A DNA stretch of 64,000 nucleotides from Octopus sinensis (Eukaryota), in contig NC_042997.1 in NCBI RefSeq assembly GCF_006345805.1, positions 3,658,001 to 3,722,000 of the forward strand. The letters run 5' to 3'. Under the pieces are notes generated by a model. It did not search any database. It had not been told where the DNA came from and saw nothing but the letters and a program-made list of their open reading frames with translations. Shown in pieces: positions 13,570-26,669 of this stretch. Made by a program: the position numbers and the translations under genes. Position 1 is the first letter of the stretch; the number at the start of each line of letters is the position of its first letter.

Positions 13570-13772
13570 GCAGATTCCGTAGCACGATTGACGAAAGGCT
13601 TACTTGAATTTCTTCCGTTGCTACGTTCTGCAGTGAAAAGCGCGCAGATCGACTTTGCCTTTCATTCTTTTACGGTGATAAAGTAAGTAACAGAGAGCCA
13701 CTGCGGTTGTTGTGATCGACGTATCCCCTCCCACAACAACGCTGCATATATTGCAAAATTCGGAACCGTTAT
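13570..13772 (+). mobile_element. Decayed tRNA-derived SINE (family A)
   Basis: gatcgactttgcctttcattctttt..gataaagtaagta..gtgatcgac parallels gtcgatgttgcctttcatcctttc..gataaaacaggta..gtaatcgac at 43504-43580. Confidence 0.6.
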
Positions 13773-13778
13773 GTTTAT

Positions 13779-13781
13779 TTA

Positions 13782-13853
<72 letters not shown>

Positions 13854-13855
13854 CA

Positions 13856-13936
<81 letters not shown>
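13779..13936. repeat. (ATT)n microsatellite
   Basis: Seen directly. Confidence 0.95.
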
Positions 13937-13940
<4 letters not shown>

Positions 13941-15550
13941 TAGTTTTCTTTTTATAGCGTGCTTTCACTTCACTACCGAGCGCAGCTCTGTGTGCCCTGA
14001 GTATGTGCAGTGATTTGTTGTGGTGCTCTGGTGGTTACTGTATTGAAAGTGTTCTGCGTAGGATGTGTGCAGTGCCTAGTAGTGCAATTTTCTGTATGTT
14101 ATATGTGTTTGTAAGTCCTGGTGTTTTTGTTATGTATTTGTCTGAGTATTTTATTTATCATGCCTAATGCACCTACAATGATAGGGATTGTTTCTTTTTT
14201 TCAGATTCCACATTCTAGTTACCTCTATTTCCAGGTCTTTGTATTTTGAAAGTTTCCCCCATTTCTTTTAGAGACACGTTGTCATCTGCTGGTATTAATA
14301 CATCAATATATCTGTGTTTATTGGCATATCCTAGAGTATGGTTGCTTTCTCGTTTTCTCTGACCCTTTCTGGTGTGTGCCTATACCATCTTTTTTCTGTT
14401 GTTATTCCATAAAGTTGGAATAGCTTCCAGTGTATGTAGGTCCCAACTCTGTCGTGTCTGTGAACATATTCCTTCTTCGCCAGGACCTGGCAACCAGAGA
14501 TAATATGATTTATTGTTTCTTGTCCATCTCCACATATAGTTCAGTTACTTGTTATATTTCCTTTCATTACATGTTTTTGGTAATTTCTAGTGGGGAGGCT
14601 TTGGTCTTGTGCTGCAATTAAAAATCCCTCTGTATCTGCTTTTTTTCTCATACCGGCGAATCCTTTGTGCTTTGGCAAGGATATCTTGCTTTAGCTTTTC
14701 TTTTATCTTTGGTAAATCTTTTTCTGTGATGTTGTATTTGCGGAGTCTTTTTGTTTTCTTTTTGTTGCTTAGTATCGTTTATTGTCTACTGATTTCGTTA
14801 AGAATCGACATATCTTTTCTATTTTTTTTTATTTCCTTTTGGAGGTTATTTCTCCAGAGGGTTTTTTTGGGTGGTGGTACTCTTGTTTGGATGGGTTTCA
14901 GGGAGTATCCAGTTTCTTTTGTGGCTGCAGTTGCTGCTGCATATACTAAGTCATTTAGCTCAGTGATATTGCTATTTGTTTCTGTGACTATTAGTTCCGT
15001 GACGGCTAGGTTTATATACTATTTATAATTGAAGTTGTTTTCTTGTCTATTTTGATTTTTGGGAGGTATGGTGGATGGCCTATTTTGAGATCTGTGGTTT
15101 TCAGATATTTGGTTATTCTACTTTTTATAGTGTCATAATCGTTAGGCTTCCCTTCGTGGTTTCCAGGCTTTAGATTTGTGTCGCTTTCTTTCTCATTTGT
15201 ATGTTTGTTTGTCGTGTTTTGGTTTGCTGCTTGTCGTACATCATTATGAATCCTTAAGGTCTGGTTTTGTTGTTTTGTTTACATCGTGTTTGTTGGGAAT
15301 GTTACGCTTGTCTTCGTGTTTTACTATCTCAGTGTTCATATTATTTGGCATTGTTGTGTCTTCTATCTACATTTTTCCTGATGTATTTTTTCTTTTAAAT
15401 GTTCTATTTCTATTTCCGATAATTTATTGCGTTGAGAATATATCTTCGTGCGTTAGCTAGTTTATTAGGGTTCATTGCTGTATCCAAGTCTATATTTATG
15501 TTATTTTCCTTCCATATTTTATATGTATGTGTTGCTGTGTGTTCCTTCTT
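13935..15550 (-). mobile_element. Internally deleted, 5'-truncated copy of the R4/Dong element at 8723-12730
   Basis: 13935-14640 aligns to ~8723-9493 and 14641-15540 aligns to ~11353-12130; the RT domain is absent. Confidence 0.92.
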
Positions 15551-15555
15551 AGGTT

Positions 15556-17598
15556 ATTATTATTATTATTCTATGTTTGACTTTTGCTTTATGTCTGTAC
15601 TAGTTGGCTCCAAGTCTCACGAATAAACCTCAAGAGACAACAGGTTGGAAGTTCACGTTGTTGTTATGCCTAGTGTGCCATATATTTGGGCTTTTTTTGG
15701 TGTTGTACTAGTGAATGTCTAATACGTTAATTAAAAAAAATGTTTGTTTTAAACCTTGGGATTACATAGAGAGTATTTGGCGTAGGATATGAACAGTTCC
15801 CATGAGCACTATCTTTTGAATTTCTGCCAGTTTGGGATTTCCTGGTATCTGAGTTAGGAAGCAATCAGTCCTTTTCGCTATCATTCCCAGGGCACCTATG
15901 ACAATAGGTATTGTTTTTGTCTTCAGCTTCCACATTTTGCTGATTTCTGTTTCAAGATCTTTATATTTGCTCAGTTTTTGGTAGGTCTTGACAGATACCT
16001 TTATATCGATTGGGACAGTCATATCAATGAGGAGACATGTTCTTTGTCTGAAGTCTTTCAATATGATGTCTGGCCTATTTGCATCTATCTTTCTGTCAGT
16101 TTCAATGGTGAAGTTCCAGAGGAGTGAGATTTGATCATTTTCAAGCACTGGAGGTGGATTGTGTTCCCACCAGTTTTTCCATGGGGGAAATCCAGGTTTT
16201 TGTAAAGTACCCACTGATTATATTGTGCAGCTCTATCATGCCTGTTGAGATAATCTGTAGGCACTAGAAGACTGCATTTGGAGACAACATGATCAATGGT
16301 TTCACTTTGTTGTCGGCATACACGACATATTGGGCTACTGCCGTTTTTAATATGTTGGCCTGGTAGTTTTTTGTTGGTAGGCATTGATCTTGAGCTGCTA
16401 TGATAGACCCTTCTGTTTCAGATTTTTAGCCAGAGGCCATTAGCCATTGATGGGTCAGGGCTTTGTCCATATCTGCATTATTCGCTCTCTTTGGGTATTT
16501 GCCATAGACAGGTTTTTCTTGTCATTTATTATTCAGAATATATAAGGCCGCAGTTTTGGCACGCGTTTTCATGCGCTTAGCTTTTTCTGTGCTTGTTTCT
16601 TGTATGTCTATCTCTAATTCCGAAATCGGTTGTATTCTGAATTCACTTAGATATTCCTTTGCCTGTTTTGTTACTGAGTATGATGCTTTCTTGTTTTCAT
16701 GTTTTGAGACAAGTTTTAAGATCCAGTCCTCAGACATTTTCAGGTAGGTGTCTAGGCCAACTGTAGCAATCTTCATTGTTATTGCCAGTTGCAAAAGACC
16801 ACGGCCTCCCTCTTTTCTTGGCAGATAATGTCGTTCTGTATCTGCCTTAGGGTGGTGCATTCTATGCATTGTTAACAGTTTTCTTATTTTCTGTCGAGCT
16901 GACATATTTCAGTAATTGACCAGTTAACGATATTGAAACTGTACGTCACGACTGGCATGGCTAATGCATTGATCGCTTCGATCCTGTTTCTTGCATTCAG
17001 CTCTGTCTTGAGGATTGCTCTCACTCTTCGAAAGCATTCTCTCCTGATCCTTTCCTTCAACTCTGAATGCCTTATTCCGTTCCCTTCAATTACCCCTAGG
17101 TACTTGTAGTTCTCCGCTTGGTCTAGTTCTTTTATGACATTCTGCTGGTCAAAGTTAACGTTAGATGTTTCTGTCATTTTTCCTTTGATAAAGGTAGCTT
17201 TTGCACATTTATCGAGGCCGAATTGCATTCTGATGTCGTCACTGAATTGTTTGACTATCGCTATTAAGCCCTTGAGTTGTTGGTCATTTTTTGCAAAAAG
17301 CTTTAAATCATCCATGTAAATGAGATGATTTATATTTTTATCAAACATTTTATACCCGTACTGCGCGTCATTGAGCAGTTTTGAGAGAGGTATTAAGGCT
17401 AAACAAAATAAGAGTGCTGATAGTGAGTCACCCTGGAAAATGCCACACGAAATCTTTACATCACCAGCATTTAGGGATTCATTGTCACTGTTCAGAGTTA
17501 GTGTGGTTCTCCATGATCTCATACTTACAGCCAAAAGGTTTCGCAGAGTACGTGCTATCTTATACATTTCCAGGCATTTCCCAATCCTGCTATGTGGA
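15556..17598 (-). mobile_element. 5'-truncated R4/Dong-clade element of a second subfamily (RT to RLE, distinct 3' UTR)
   Basis: GIFQGDSLSALLFCLAL and LIYMDDLKLF (16884-17567); MHHPKADTERHY; CRVCRQQSETIDHVVSKC; ANRPDIILKD..KLSKYKDLETE (15762-16214); (AAT)n tail at 15553-15570. Confidence 0.93.
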
Positions 17599-17599
17599 C

Positions 17600-17636
<37 letters not shown>

Positions 17637-17649
17637 ATTATTATTATTA

Positions 17650-17742
<93 letters not shown>

Positions 17743-17803
17743 ATCATTATTATTATTATTATTATCATATTATTATTATTATCATTATTATTATTATTAT
17801 CAG
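17600..17803. repeat. (ATT)n microsatellite
   Basis: Seen directly. Confidence 0.95.
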
Positions 17804-17984
17804 TCAATATGTAAGAGCCGATCGTAAGATATGTTCTTACTTGAACGATATTTCAACAGTACGTCTGTCTTTGCCATTTTTCTACTGTCTTCTTTTTTCT
17901 GTGTCTTTTTTCATTTCGCCTGTTATACAATTGTAACTTAAAAACTGATGATGTTACAACCTAATCTTACTGCATTTAATATAT

Positions 17985-18200
17985 ATTGATTTTAAATTTG
18001 GAGACAAGTCCAGCAATTGTGGCAGATATTACAAGTCGGTTATATCGACACCAGAGTTCGGGTAATACTTATGTTATCGACATCGAAATGATAAATAGCG
18101 TATTATAGACGGAGTTTCTATAAACAAGAAAAATTTGGAAGGAATACCGCTAAACATATTTTCGGTGTGGTACCGATTCTAACAGCACCCCATTTAGCTC
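17985..18200 (-). mobile_element. Decayed tRNA-derived SINE (family A)
   Basis: Reverse complement contains gtttagcggtattcc, gtcgataacataagtatt, ggtgtcgatataaccgactt and aattgctggacttgtctccaaattt, colinear with the 43415-43625 copy. Confidence 0.6.
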
Positions 18201-18639
18201 GAAAAGAGAGGTGCTGGAAACCAAACCCTGCTCTCCACTTCCTTCAGTAGCACTATGCTGTCCAGTCTCTTATACGTAAGTTACACATTGGTTACTACGA
18301 AGTGGAACTTAGCCTCGATCAGCTACGACACAGGAAACTACTTGCAGATTCATGCGAAGAATATCTTTGCGAGAGCACATCAAAAGATGAGATAATTCGA
18401 GAATAAAAATGAGTGAACAACCACAATTACAGAATACTAAAAATAAAATTGTTGCAATTTTGGTTGTTCACTGGCTTTTATTTGTTCTTCCCCATTTATG
18501 GGTGATGTCAGGAATAAAACTGTCATGGAAGGTAGACCAACGGGAAATACGCTGCTGTGACCTGTGAAGGTCTGTCAGTAGAGGCATTGCCGGTCCATGA
18601 AATAGAATTAAAAGAGAAAAATTATAAAAATATAACGGT

Positions 18640-20350
18640 TTACTGAAGAAAGTGGTGGAGAGCCTGAGGTTGATACCCCCTACAGAAATACTCGAAAAAA
18701 AGGGAAAAAAGAACAATAACTTACAGAACGTTAAATGTGACGTCAAACAAGTGGAACTAGCAGCAGAGGAAGACTTAGAAGAAAGTCTGCCAGACGTAAA
18801 GGACATTAAGACGTTTTACATGAGGGGAAACACGTATGGCACACTGGAGGCAAGCTTCATAAGCGAAGAAGAAGAGAGGGAACACTCCACTATGCCTTTG
18901 GGAGCAGACAAGTGGGCACTTCTATCTTCTTACTGTGGCAAACGGGTTACCAGAGTAAGGATTGTTTGAGTGCCCCCATAAATCGATGAGACGTGGCTGG
19001 TGGCAGCCATCCTCTATAACTCAGAAGAAGATACACAGGTGGTAAAAATATCCAGAAGGACGGAGATAAACTGATAGGAATATGGACTGGAGGTTTCGGT
19101 CCATAATAGCCTGCCGGACGTTCATAATATAACAGAAGAGCTGGTTCTACCAGATGACACGAGATTGAAAATCGTTGCAGAAGGGGAGCCTCCGGTATGT
19201 TACGCATGTGGAATAAGGGGACGCATGAAAGCAAAGTGTCCCTAGAAACACGAACATGAGGAGTCGAGAAGGAGCATCATGATGATGACGGTGCAACTGC
19301 AGAGGAGGAGGAAATAGGGGAATATACACTGGTAGAAAGAAAGAGAGATTGCCTCAATAGAGATTGCCGCGATAGAGGTAATTGAAGAATGTCTACGTGA
19401 CGTGACAGGATAACCACCATTTATACACGTGGAAGATAATACGGTACAGTAGAGGTCAGGTTCTCCAACGAAGAGGAAGCTATTAACCATTCCACTGAGC
19501 CGATAAGGACACAAGATGGGTGCTACTGCCGACGTACTGTGGAAAACGTGTTCCGAGAGTGACAGTCGGCAGGGTGCCTCCCGAGATCGAAGAGGCATGT
19601 CTGCTGGTGCAGTCATGCACGGAATGGAAAAAGATGCAAGGATTTTGAAGATAACCAGAACGAAGTTAATTTCTCAGCAAGAAAGTAAAGTAGAGGAACA
19701 ACACGAATGACAACGAGCCGAGGAGGAGGGGCCGGAATAAAGGAAAATAAAGAGGAGCCAATTACTGTCGTAAATATGCGAAAGAGAAAAGAGCAGGTGA
19801 GCTATCTGCCAGAGAACCAAAGCGAATGAAGGAAATAGAGGAGAAAATAGAGGTTGTACCGAAGATCTGGTCAGATACACCAGCAGAGGTATCGCAGCAT
19901 AGAGTGGGAGACAATTGTAGATGAATATTCTGATGTACAGATGGAGGAACCAAGGGAAACCACTAGCCCAGACTGCCCAGGTCGGAGCATAAACAAGTAA
20001 ATGGGAATAAGAAAAAGCAGCATCTAGTCAGATGTGTGGAAAGCAACGCAACGACATTGAGTGAAAAATAACGAAGTTTAAACGTGCTCTAAGGGTTAAA
20101 CTGCCCACAGAATGTTATTCAGAACACATCAAAGGTGTGGTCATTAACATAGAAAGGTATACAAGACAGAAAGAACTATTTATAGATGAGGTGAACTCTT
20201 TGGGCGAAGAGATTGAATTTTAGGAATTACCAAAATTAGTAAAATACGAAGAATTATTACCCTTAATGAATGATAACAGAGATGTCTTTTAAAAGGAAAA
20301 ATATTGAGAATATATATTTTTTTTTAATGGAAAAAATAAGATGCAAAAAC
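18640..20350 (+). pseudogene. LINE ORF1 relic(s) (Tx1/L1-like): first unit with decayed knuckle, second partial unit, C-terminal region and A-rich end
   Basis: GTLEASFISEEE..LLSSYCGKRVTRVRIV*VPP; knuckle CYACGIRGRMKAKC at 19198-19239 (His replaced by Arg); second EVRFSNEEEA..LLPTYCGKRVPRVTVGRVPPEIEE at ~19440-19600; homologous to 5829-6880. Confidence 0.75.
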
Positions 20351-20645
20351 AAAAAAAAAAACAACTATCAGAAATTTTGTAAATTAACAGTTAAATGGTA
20401 CTGATTGAGATCGGGGTTCAATGCAGCCATTTCATCAACATCTATTTCATTATACGAATTTTTTATTCTTTCATTCGTTTTCTGTTTTTTGTCCCCACAA
20501 TGGTATTGTGTCTATCCTTGTGCTGTTCCTCTGTGTGTATGGCCGCAGTGGCAAAATAAAGAAACAGAGAATCTTGAGTAGAATGATTTGCTAGGACGTT
20601 CTTTATTATCCTGTTATATCGTACGTTCAACGTGCGATACAACAG

Positions 20646-20647
<2 letters not shown>

Positions 20648-20710
<63 letters not shown>
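20648..20710. repeat. (TA)n microsatellite
   Basis: Seen directly. Confidence 0.97.
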
Positions 20711-20713
<3 letters not shown>

Positions 20714-21996
20714 GGTGGGGAAGCAAAATTTACAATATTTTGAGGCAGGGATTGAGAGACAGTGCATGACCAATTAGTTTATTGAAAGTCATGAGAATTT
20801 ATTTGCTACAAGAAACTTTACATAATAGAAAATGTTTTTATTGTATGTGTTCTCTTTCTTTCTCAATAACTGTTTCACATATTTCCTGAAACTTGTGCAA
20901 GTGTTCCTCAAATATTCGGGAGACAACTTCTCCCATTCTTCTTTAATAGTATCTTTAAGAGAGTCGACATTGCTGTGTGATGTTCTATTGGTAGCATGTT
21001 CTAAAACGCCCCAAATAGCATCATCCAGAGGGTTTAGATCTGGGCTAGAAAGCGGCCATAAACATGATTTCAAAAAATTGCTAAGTTATATTTGTAGAAA
21101 TCTTGTATTTTTCTAGTTGTGTGGACTGGAGCACCATCCTGTGTCCATAAATAATTACCATCTGTGTAGTTTGCTTTAAGCCATGGCAATACATGGTATC
21201 TCAGAGTCTTGTAGTAAGTATTAACATTGATCCTTTCATCAGCTTTGTAGAATTTTATAGGCGTTTTCATTCCATCGGAAGCCACAACACCAAAAGCCAT
21301 AACTTGAGCAGGATGTTTTGTTTTGAATGTCCCCTTAACCTCAGCTGTTGATTTTGTGATATATCTGTCATTTTTGTGATTCAGAACAGCAGCGACAGTA
21401 AAGAGGTTTTCATCAGAAAAGATCGTTACAGAGGAGGATTTTTCTTGAACCCTGTAATAATTTTCTTGCAACTTTCCAATCTCTCTTCCGTCATAGCTGT
21501 TGTCAACAAGTGTTTTGGTGTTCTTGTGTAAGATTTTAACCTCAAATCATATTTTACTTAATTTCGAATGGTCTTCTTGTCTACCTCAAGTTTAATTGCC
21601 ATTTTTCTCATGGATTTGGTTGGATCCTTTAGGATTTTGAATTTGAGAGCTTTAAGAAAAGCTTTGGTACGTTTTTTGTTGATTCCTTCACTTCCAGACA
21701 TCCTCGTAATAGTTTTGCTCATAATCATTCTATTCTTTACATTATAAACAGTGTTTATGGACACTCGAACTATTCTTGAAATCTCCTTAGGTGTGACGAG
21801 TGCATTCAGCAAATCACACACTCTTTGACATTTGCTTTCCTCATTACTCATATGGACAAAAGTCTCTGCAAAGGTAAGGATAACAGTGCTAGGTATGATT
21901 ACGACATTAATATATGCTAGGTTTCAAAACAATTGACTTATGCCTGCTGAGAAAAAACAACCTAACATTCATTGTAAATTTTGGTTCCCCACCCTG
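20711..21996 (-). mobile_element. Tc1/mariner DD37D (maT-type) DNA transposon, full length, frameshifted transposase
   Basis: 26-bp TIRs cagggtggggaa(g/c)caaaatttacaat (20711-20736 and 21971-21996, 1 mismatch), TA on both sides. Transposase from 21851: IFSDE, TQDGAP, then 37 residues (after repairing one frameshift) to SPDLNPLD. Confidence 0.95.
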
Positions 21997-22020
21997 TATA
22001 TATATATATATATTATATAT

Positions 22021-22068
<48 letters not shown>

Positions 22069-22094
22069 TATATGTGTGTGTGTGTGAGTGTATG

Positions 22095-22154
<60 letters not shown>

Positions 22155-22178
22155 CATATATGTATGTATATATGTATG

Positions 22179-22215
<37 letters not shown>

Positions 22216-22250
22216 GTGTGTGTGTGTGTGTCTGCGTGTATACATATCGT
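21997..22250. repeat. (TA)n/(TG)n compound microsatellite
   Basis: Seen directly. Confidence 0.97.
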
Positions 22251-23241
22251 GGCAAGTGTAAAGTTAGTGTGGCTTTGGTGTCAGAGTGAGGGAAGGGAAA
22301 TAATTTCAGTTATATGCCTAGCAAATTGAATGTATTGAGAGATTTGAAGTATTAAACCAACTAACATAAAAAAAATAAAGATTTATTGGCCCTAATTTGA
22401 ATATAAATTTCGAGGAGGCAGACGTTGTTTGTCATTGGTTATGGAAATGTGGGTTAGTATATGACAAGACGTCAAATGTAAGGTATGCAGTAGATTAAAA
22501 TCATTGGACAGAAATATAAGTAGGATAGCAGAATAAGAATTCAAAGTAACATTGTTGTAGAAAGGTGCGTAGGCATTATTATTATATCGTGTTTCCAGAG
22601 AGAACACTTGTAGTGTCAACTGTATTTGACACATGATATTTGCTAACATCGATTTCTGAAATACTGGTTCTTCAATGATTAATTAGGTTAATAATATACA
22701 TGTCGAGCACAGCTGTATATTCACGCAATTTTACATTGTAGAATATTACACTTCTGTCGCAATATCTCACTTTATGACATTAGATTTGATAACGAGTACA
22801 CATAATTTCCCGAAGTAGTTTTCGGTATTAAACTAGGAAAATATCTCCCTTCTTAAATTTGCTCACACATAGAGAAGGAGACGTTAAACAAAAAGGATAT
22901 TTGATATTTTCATGATTTTGTTCAGCTTTTGGCTTGTAAACTAGTTCATATATTTAACATAAGTAATTTTCTTACAGAACTATCTATACTCAGGAGGCGT
23001 ATTAATTTTAAAACAGATGAAAACGGACGTCATATGTAAAGTTGTGGAATGATTCCATTATTCATTTCATCTAAAAAAACATGTTGGTATTTCAGGTTTA
23101 GTTATAATCATTAGAATTGTTTGTTTGTTTATCATCAGATAATTTTAATCATTTTAGAAAGTATAACTTGATTATAAGCCATGTTTACAAATGCTTAAAT
23201 TATTTCCAGAGCATTATAATGAATTTGGCATGCAATATTTG

Positions 23242-24547
23242 TACGAATATTGCCTGAACAGTTCACAGGATGAGTAAGACTGTCAAATGAAATGTGACCA
23301 AAAGGTGTTTATTTTTGCAGAGTAGTCGTCGTTAGGTTCACACACGTCTGCCAATCGGTGTTGTAGGTCTTGGACACAATTGGAGAAGTGACTTTCATCC
23401 TGTTTCTAAAAGAAATTCATCAACAGCAAATATGCCGTTACCATCAATACCACACGTGTTCCCAGCCAAGCATGTTTTCATGTTGCGTAACAAATGATAG
23501 TGTAATGGGGACAAATCAGGAGATTATGGAAGGTATCAACCACTTCAAAGCTACAGTCACGCATAGTAACCATTGTAACAGAGGACTTGAGCGCAAGTAC
23601 ATAGTCTTTCGAAACCGCCATACAAAAGGCTATGGTGACATGATAGTCTTCATTGATTAAGTAACCCAATATATGCAAAGCTTTTTGAATCCTCAAAAAC
23701 TGAGGGCATTATCTCCCCTGCAACTGAAATTATATTGGCCTTCTTGAGATCAAGTAAAGATGATTGTTTTCACACCAAGATTTGTCCCTTTGTCTTTGGC
23801 TTAAAGCGGTGAGCACAAAACTCATGCTGGCTTAGGAAACGGTCAACGAAACCAGCTGGATCTGCTCCAACAATGTCAGATTTTCCTGTGATTTGATCAA
23901 CCTGGTGTGATTTTGATCAAGTCACACAACATGCGGCACCTATCGAGTAGAAAGGTTTATTATGCCACATTCATTGTGCAGAATATTCTCCTCACTCTCA
24001 CGGTATATTAGCTATCTGATTTACACTAATCACCTGACATCCATCACTATGTGGTGAAATCAATGAATGTTTTCCTGGGTGGTGTGAGATGCAGGATGTC
24101 CAGTCCTTGTTTAATATTTAAGAGACTCTTTTCCGATCGTAAATTCAGCTGCACACTAAAAATTAAAACATTTGTTACAAGATCTTGTGTGAGTCCGCGC
24201 ATGTTGAGAATGTTTCCTACGATTTTAGTAAACGAAGAAAATTAATTTTCATTGAAACTGTAAGCTGGAGCATCATCCCCTAATACGACAACCATATCAT
24301 CACGAATTACTACAGAGGATAAATTTTTTTTTCTGAAGGCACATGGTAAAACCACGATGCCAAATTATGTTGGTTTTCAAGCGAAGTCGCTACTAGTTAC
24401 TTTTGAAGTCTTCTTTGAAATATCAGTTTACTGCAAAGAAACAATACAGTTATTAATAAGACATTTAAAATTAATGCAGGCTCGATTTCACAGCTCTAAC
24501 ATCACTACTTCATAGTAAGCCTATTAATATTTCAACGCATCCTCATA
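23242..24547 (-). mobile_element. Old, heavily decayed mariner transposon
   Basis: Minus-strand MVVVLGDDAPAYS, QENIH*FHHIVMD, GADPAGFVDRFLSQHEFCAHRFKPKTK and QDESHFSNCVQDLQHRLADVCEPNDDY are colinear with mariner transposase; weak TIRs (about 17/30 identity). Confidence 0.7.
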
Positions 24548-24699
24548 ATAGGATTTACAGCTTATTTTCTGCTGTTGCTTCAGGTAACTCCACAAGAGAC
24601 TTTGATAATGAGAACTCAGTAGATACAGAATTCTAAGCCAAAAATCAATGTACATAAGCAAAGAATTCATCGCAAATAATATCAGGAAATTAACCGAAA

Positions 24700-25500
24700 T
24701 TTGACATGACGCACCATATGAATAATCTGCTTACCCTAATATTATCCTTGTTTCCGCTATAGTCAATTGATAATTATTTTCCATTTATCCATATTTTGGA
24801 TGACATTTTGAACAAATATAGCTCCTAAGATGCCTTTAATTCAAATGAAAATATATTTTCTTCGTTTGGTAAAATCGTGAGAAGCATTTCTTAATTGCGC
24901 GAACATGGACAAAATATTCAACCAAATATTGTATTTTTTCTCCCCTATAACTATTGTATTCTAAACGTCAAATTCTTTTGAAAGTATATCATGTGCCACG
25001 TTGAGTTGCATAAATCTTTTGGGGTAATATATTAAAACTAAAGTTCAAATGAAGTATCCTGACTTGCCTATTTCATCTGCTTTCACAAGTGCTATATGTC
25101 TATATGAGAAACAGACCATGACATTCCAATTACAGCTACTAATATCATGTCTACCCGTAAGGAATATTATTCAAGAATGTTATAGTTGCCGAGTAGTTAA
25201 CTGTGTTCATCCCTCTAGTTCTCATGAAAGCTCTTACAACTCTAATGAAATTTCCATTCGTAATCCGCGATTTGCGAGATCTGATATATTTTCTTTCTAT
25301 TTACTACCTTGCATCTACTATATTTTGTGCTTTTGTGGAGCTGCAATTTAATCTTCTACTTTGCCATATCATTTCTCTGAAGTTCACCACCATGCATATG
25401 TCGTCTTCTGGTATCTTTTTCACAATGTAGAGACGCTAGATAACGTATTCTTTGAGAATTTGAAGCGTTTTGATTTAAAACACTCCCCAACATGTCAATA
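24700..25500 (-). mobile_element. Possible very old pogo/Tigger-like transposase relic
   Basis: Only faint motifs: KADEIGKSGYF (cf. NADETGLF), LSKEFDV, LSIDYSGNK; many stops. Confidence 0.25.
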
Positions 25501-26399
25501 CTCAAATAAATGTTCTAAAGAATCAATTTATATTTTTCCTACTCTTCCAGAAATATGTCCACAGATAAATTTCAATCTGTGAAGCGAGTGAACTTTTCAT
25601 TTTAAGTGTGTCATTGCAATTTCATATATTATCATACTTTGAGCTTGCCTTTGATTTTCGAATACATATTTACTTTTGTGCTACATCATATTATAAACTT
25701 TCAGTTCATAAATACATGTTTCAATGTTTCTTGTATACGTTCTTTTATGTATATAATCACACATATATCTATACGTATATATGATTCTAACCATATTTAT
25801 ACTTGTATTTAAGCACACGTACGCGCGCTTGCACACATGTACATATAAGTGTGTATAGTTGCATAATGATGTTTATGTTTAATTGCACTTATGTAGTTCA
25901 AATGTACGCATGTGTGTTATATTAAATAGCTGCACTTTGTCTCCATTGAAGTATTTTAACCTTGTTGATGTGCAACTATATGGATAAGTATATACTGATA
26001 AACCCATGCATGTGTATACCTAAGTGGCCATGAGGCACGAGGGAAAGAGTATCCTAGCGTATTATTCCATTTGTTCAAGCATTCACATAAATGTATATGG
26101 CTGTATATTTTTGTCCATATAAATTTGCTGTACTTGAATTATTTATTGGCGAAGATATTGTAATTTAAGTAGTCTTGCATTTCTTAACCTTCGCTTTTAA
26201 TTTCGAGTCAATGCACATACAAACGTTAGTACGTGCGTTTTGTTTAGATGGATACTAAATTTCCATGAGCTTACTTCCAAGTAGAGAAGTGTGTTACAAT
26301 GTATGGAGGCCAATGTATAAACGGTACAATTTATTGCAGCGATTAGCAATTATATATGGCCAAGCCTAAGCACACATAAACACACACACAAATATATGT

Positions 26400-26533
26400 A
26401 TGTATATTTATATATATATATATGTTTATTTATTTACTTATTTATTAATATATACATATATGTGTATGTGTATGTATGTATATATTTATGTGCCTAGCTC
26501 TCTATCTCTATTTATATATCTCTCTCACTTTTT

Positions 26534-26629
<96 letters not shown>

Positions 26630-26630
26630 A
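26400..26630. repeat. (TA)n/(CA)n compound microsatellite
   Basis: Seen directly. Confidence 0.95.
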
Positions 26631-26669
26631 GAGAACAAGATGTACGTCACGCCGCAATAATATATGTAT

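Noticed and set aside
17530-17565. RRVRAIL peptide on both strands of R4 copy 3, suggesting a twin-priming inversion
   Set aside because: The minus strand there reads as a normal continuation of RT, so the match is coincidental
2198-17951. Isolated CTGATGA strings at 2198, 4832 and 17945
   Set aside because: No stem II plus GAAA downstream; expected by chance
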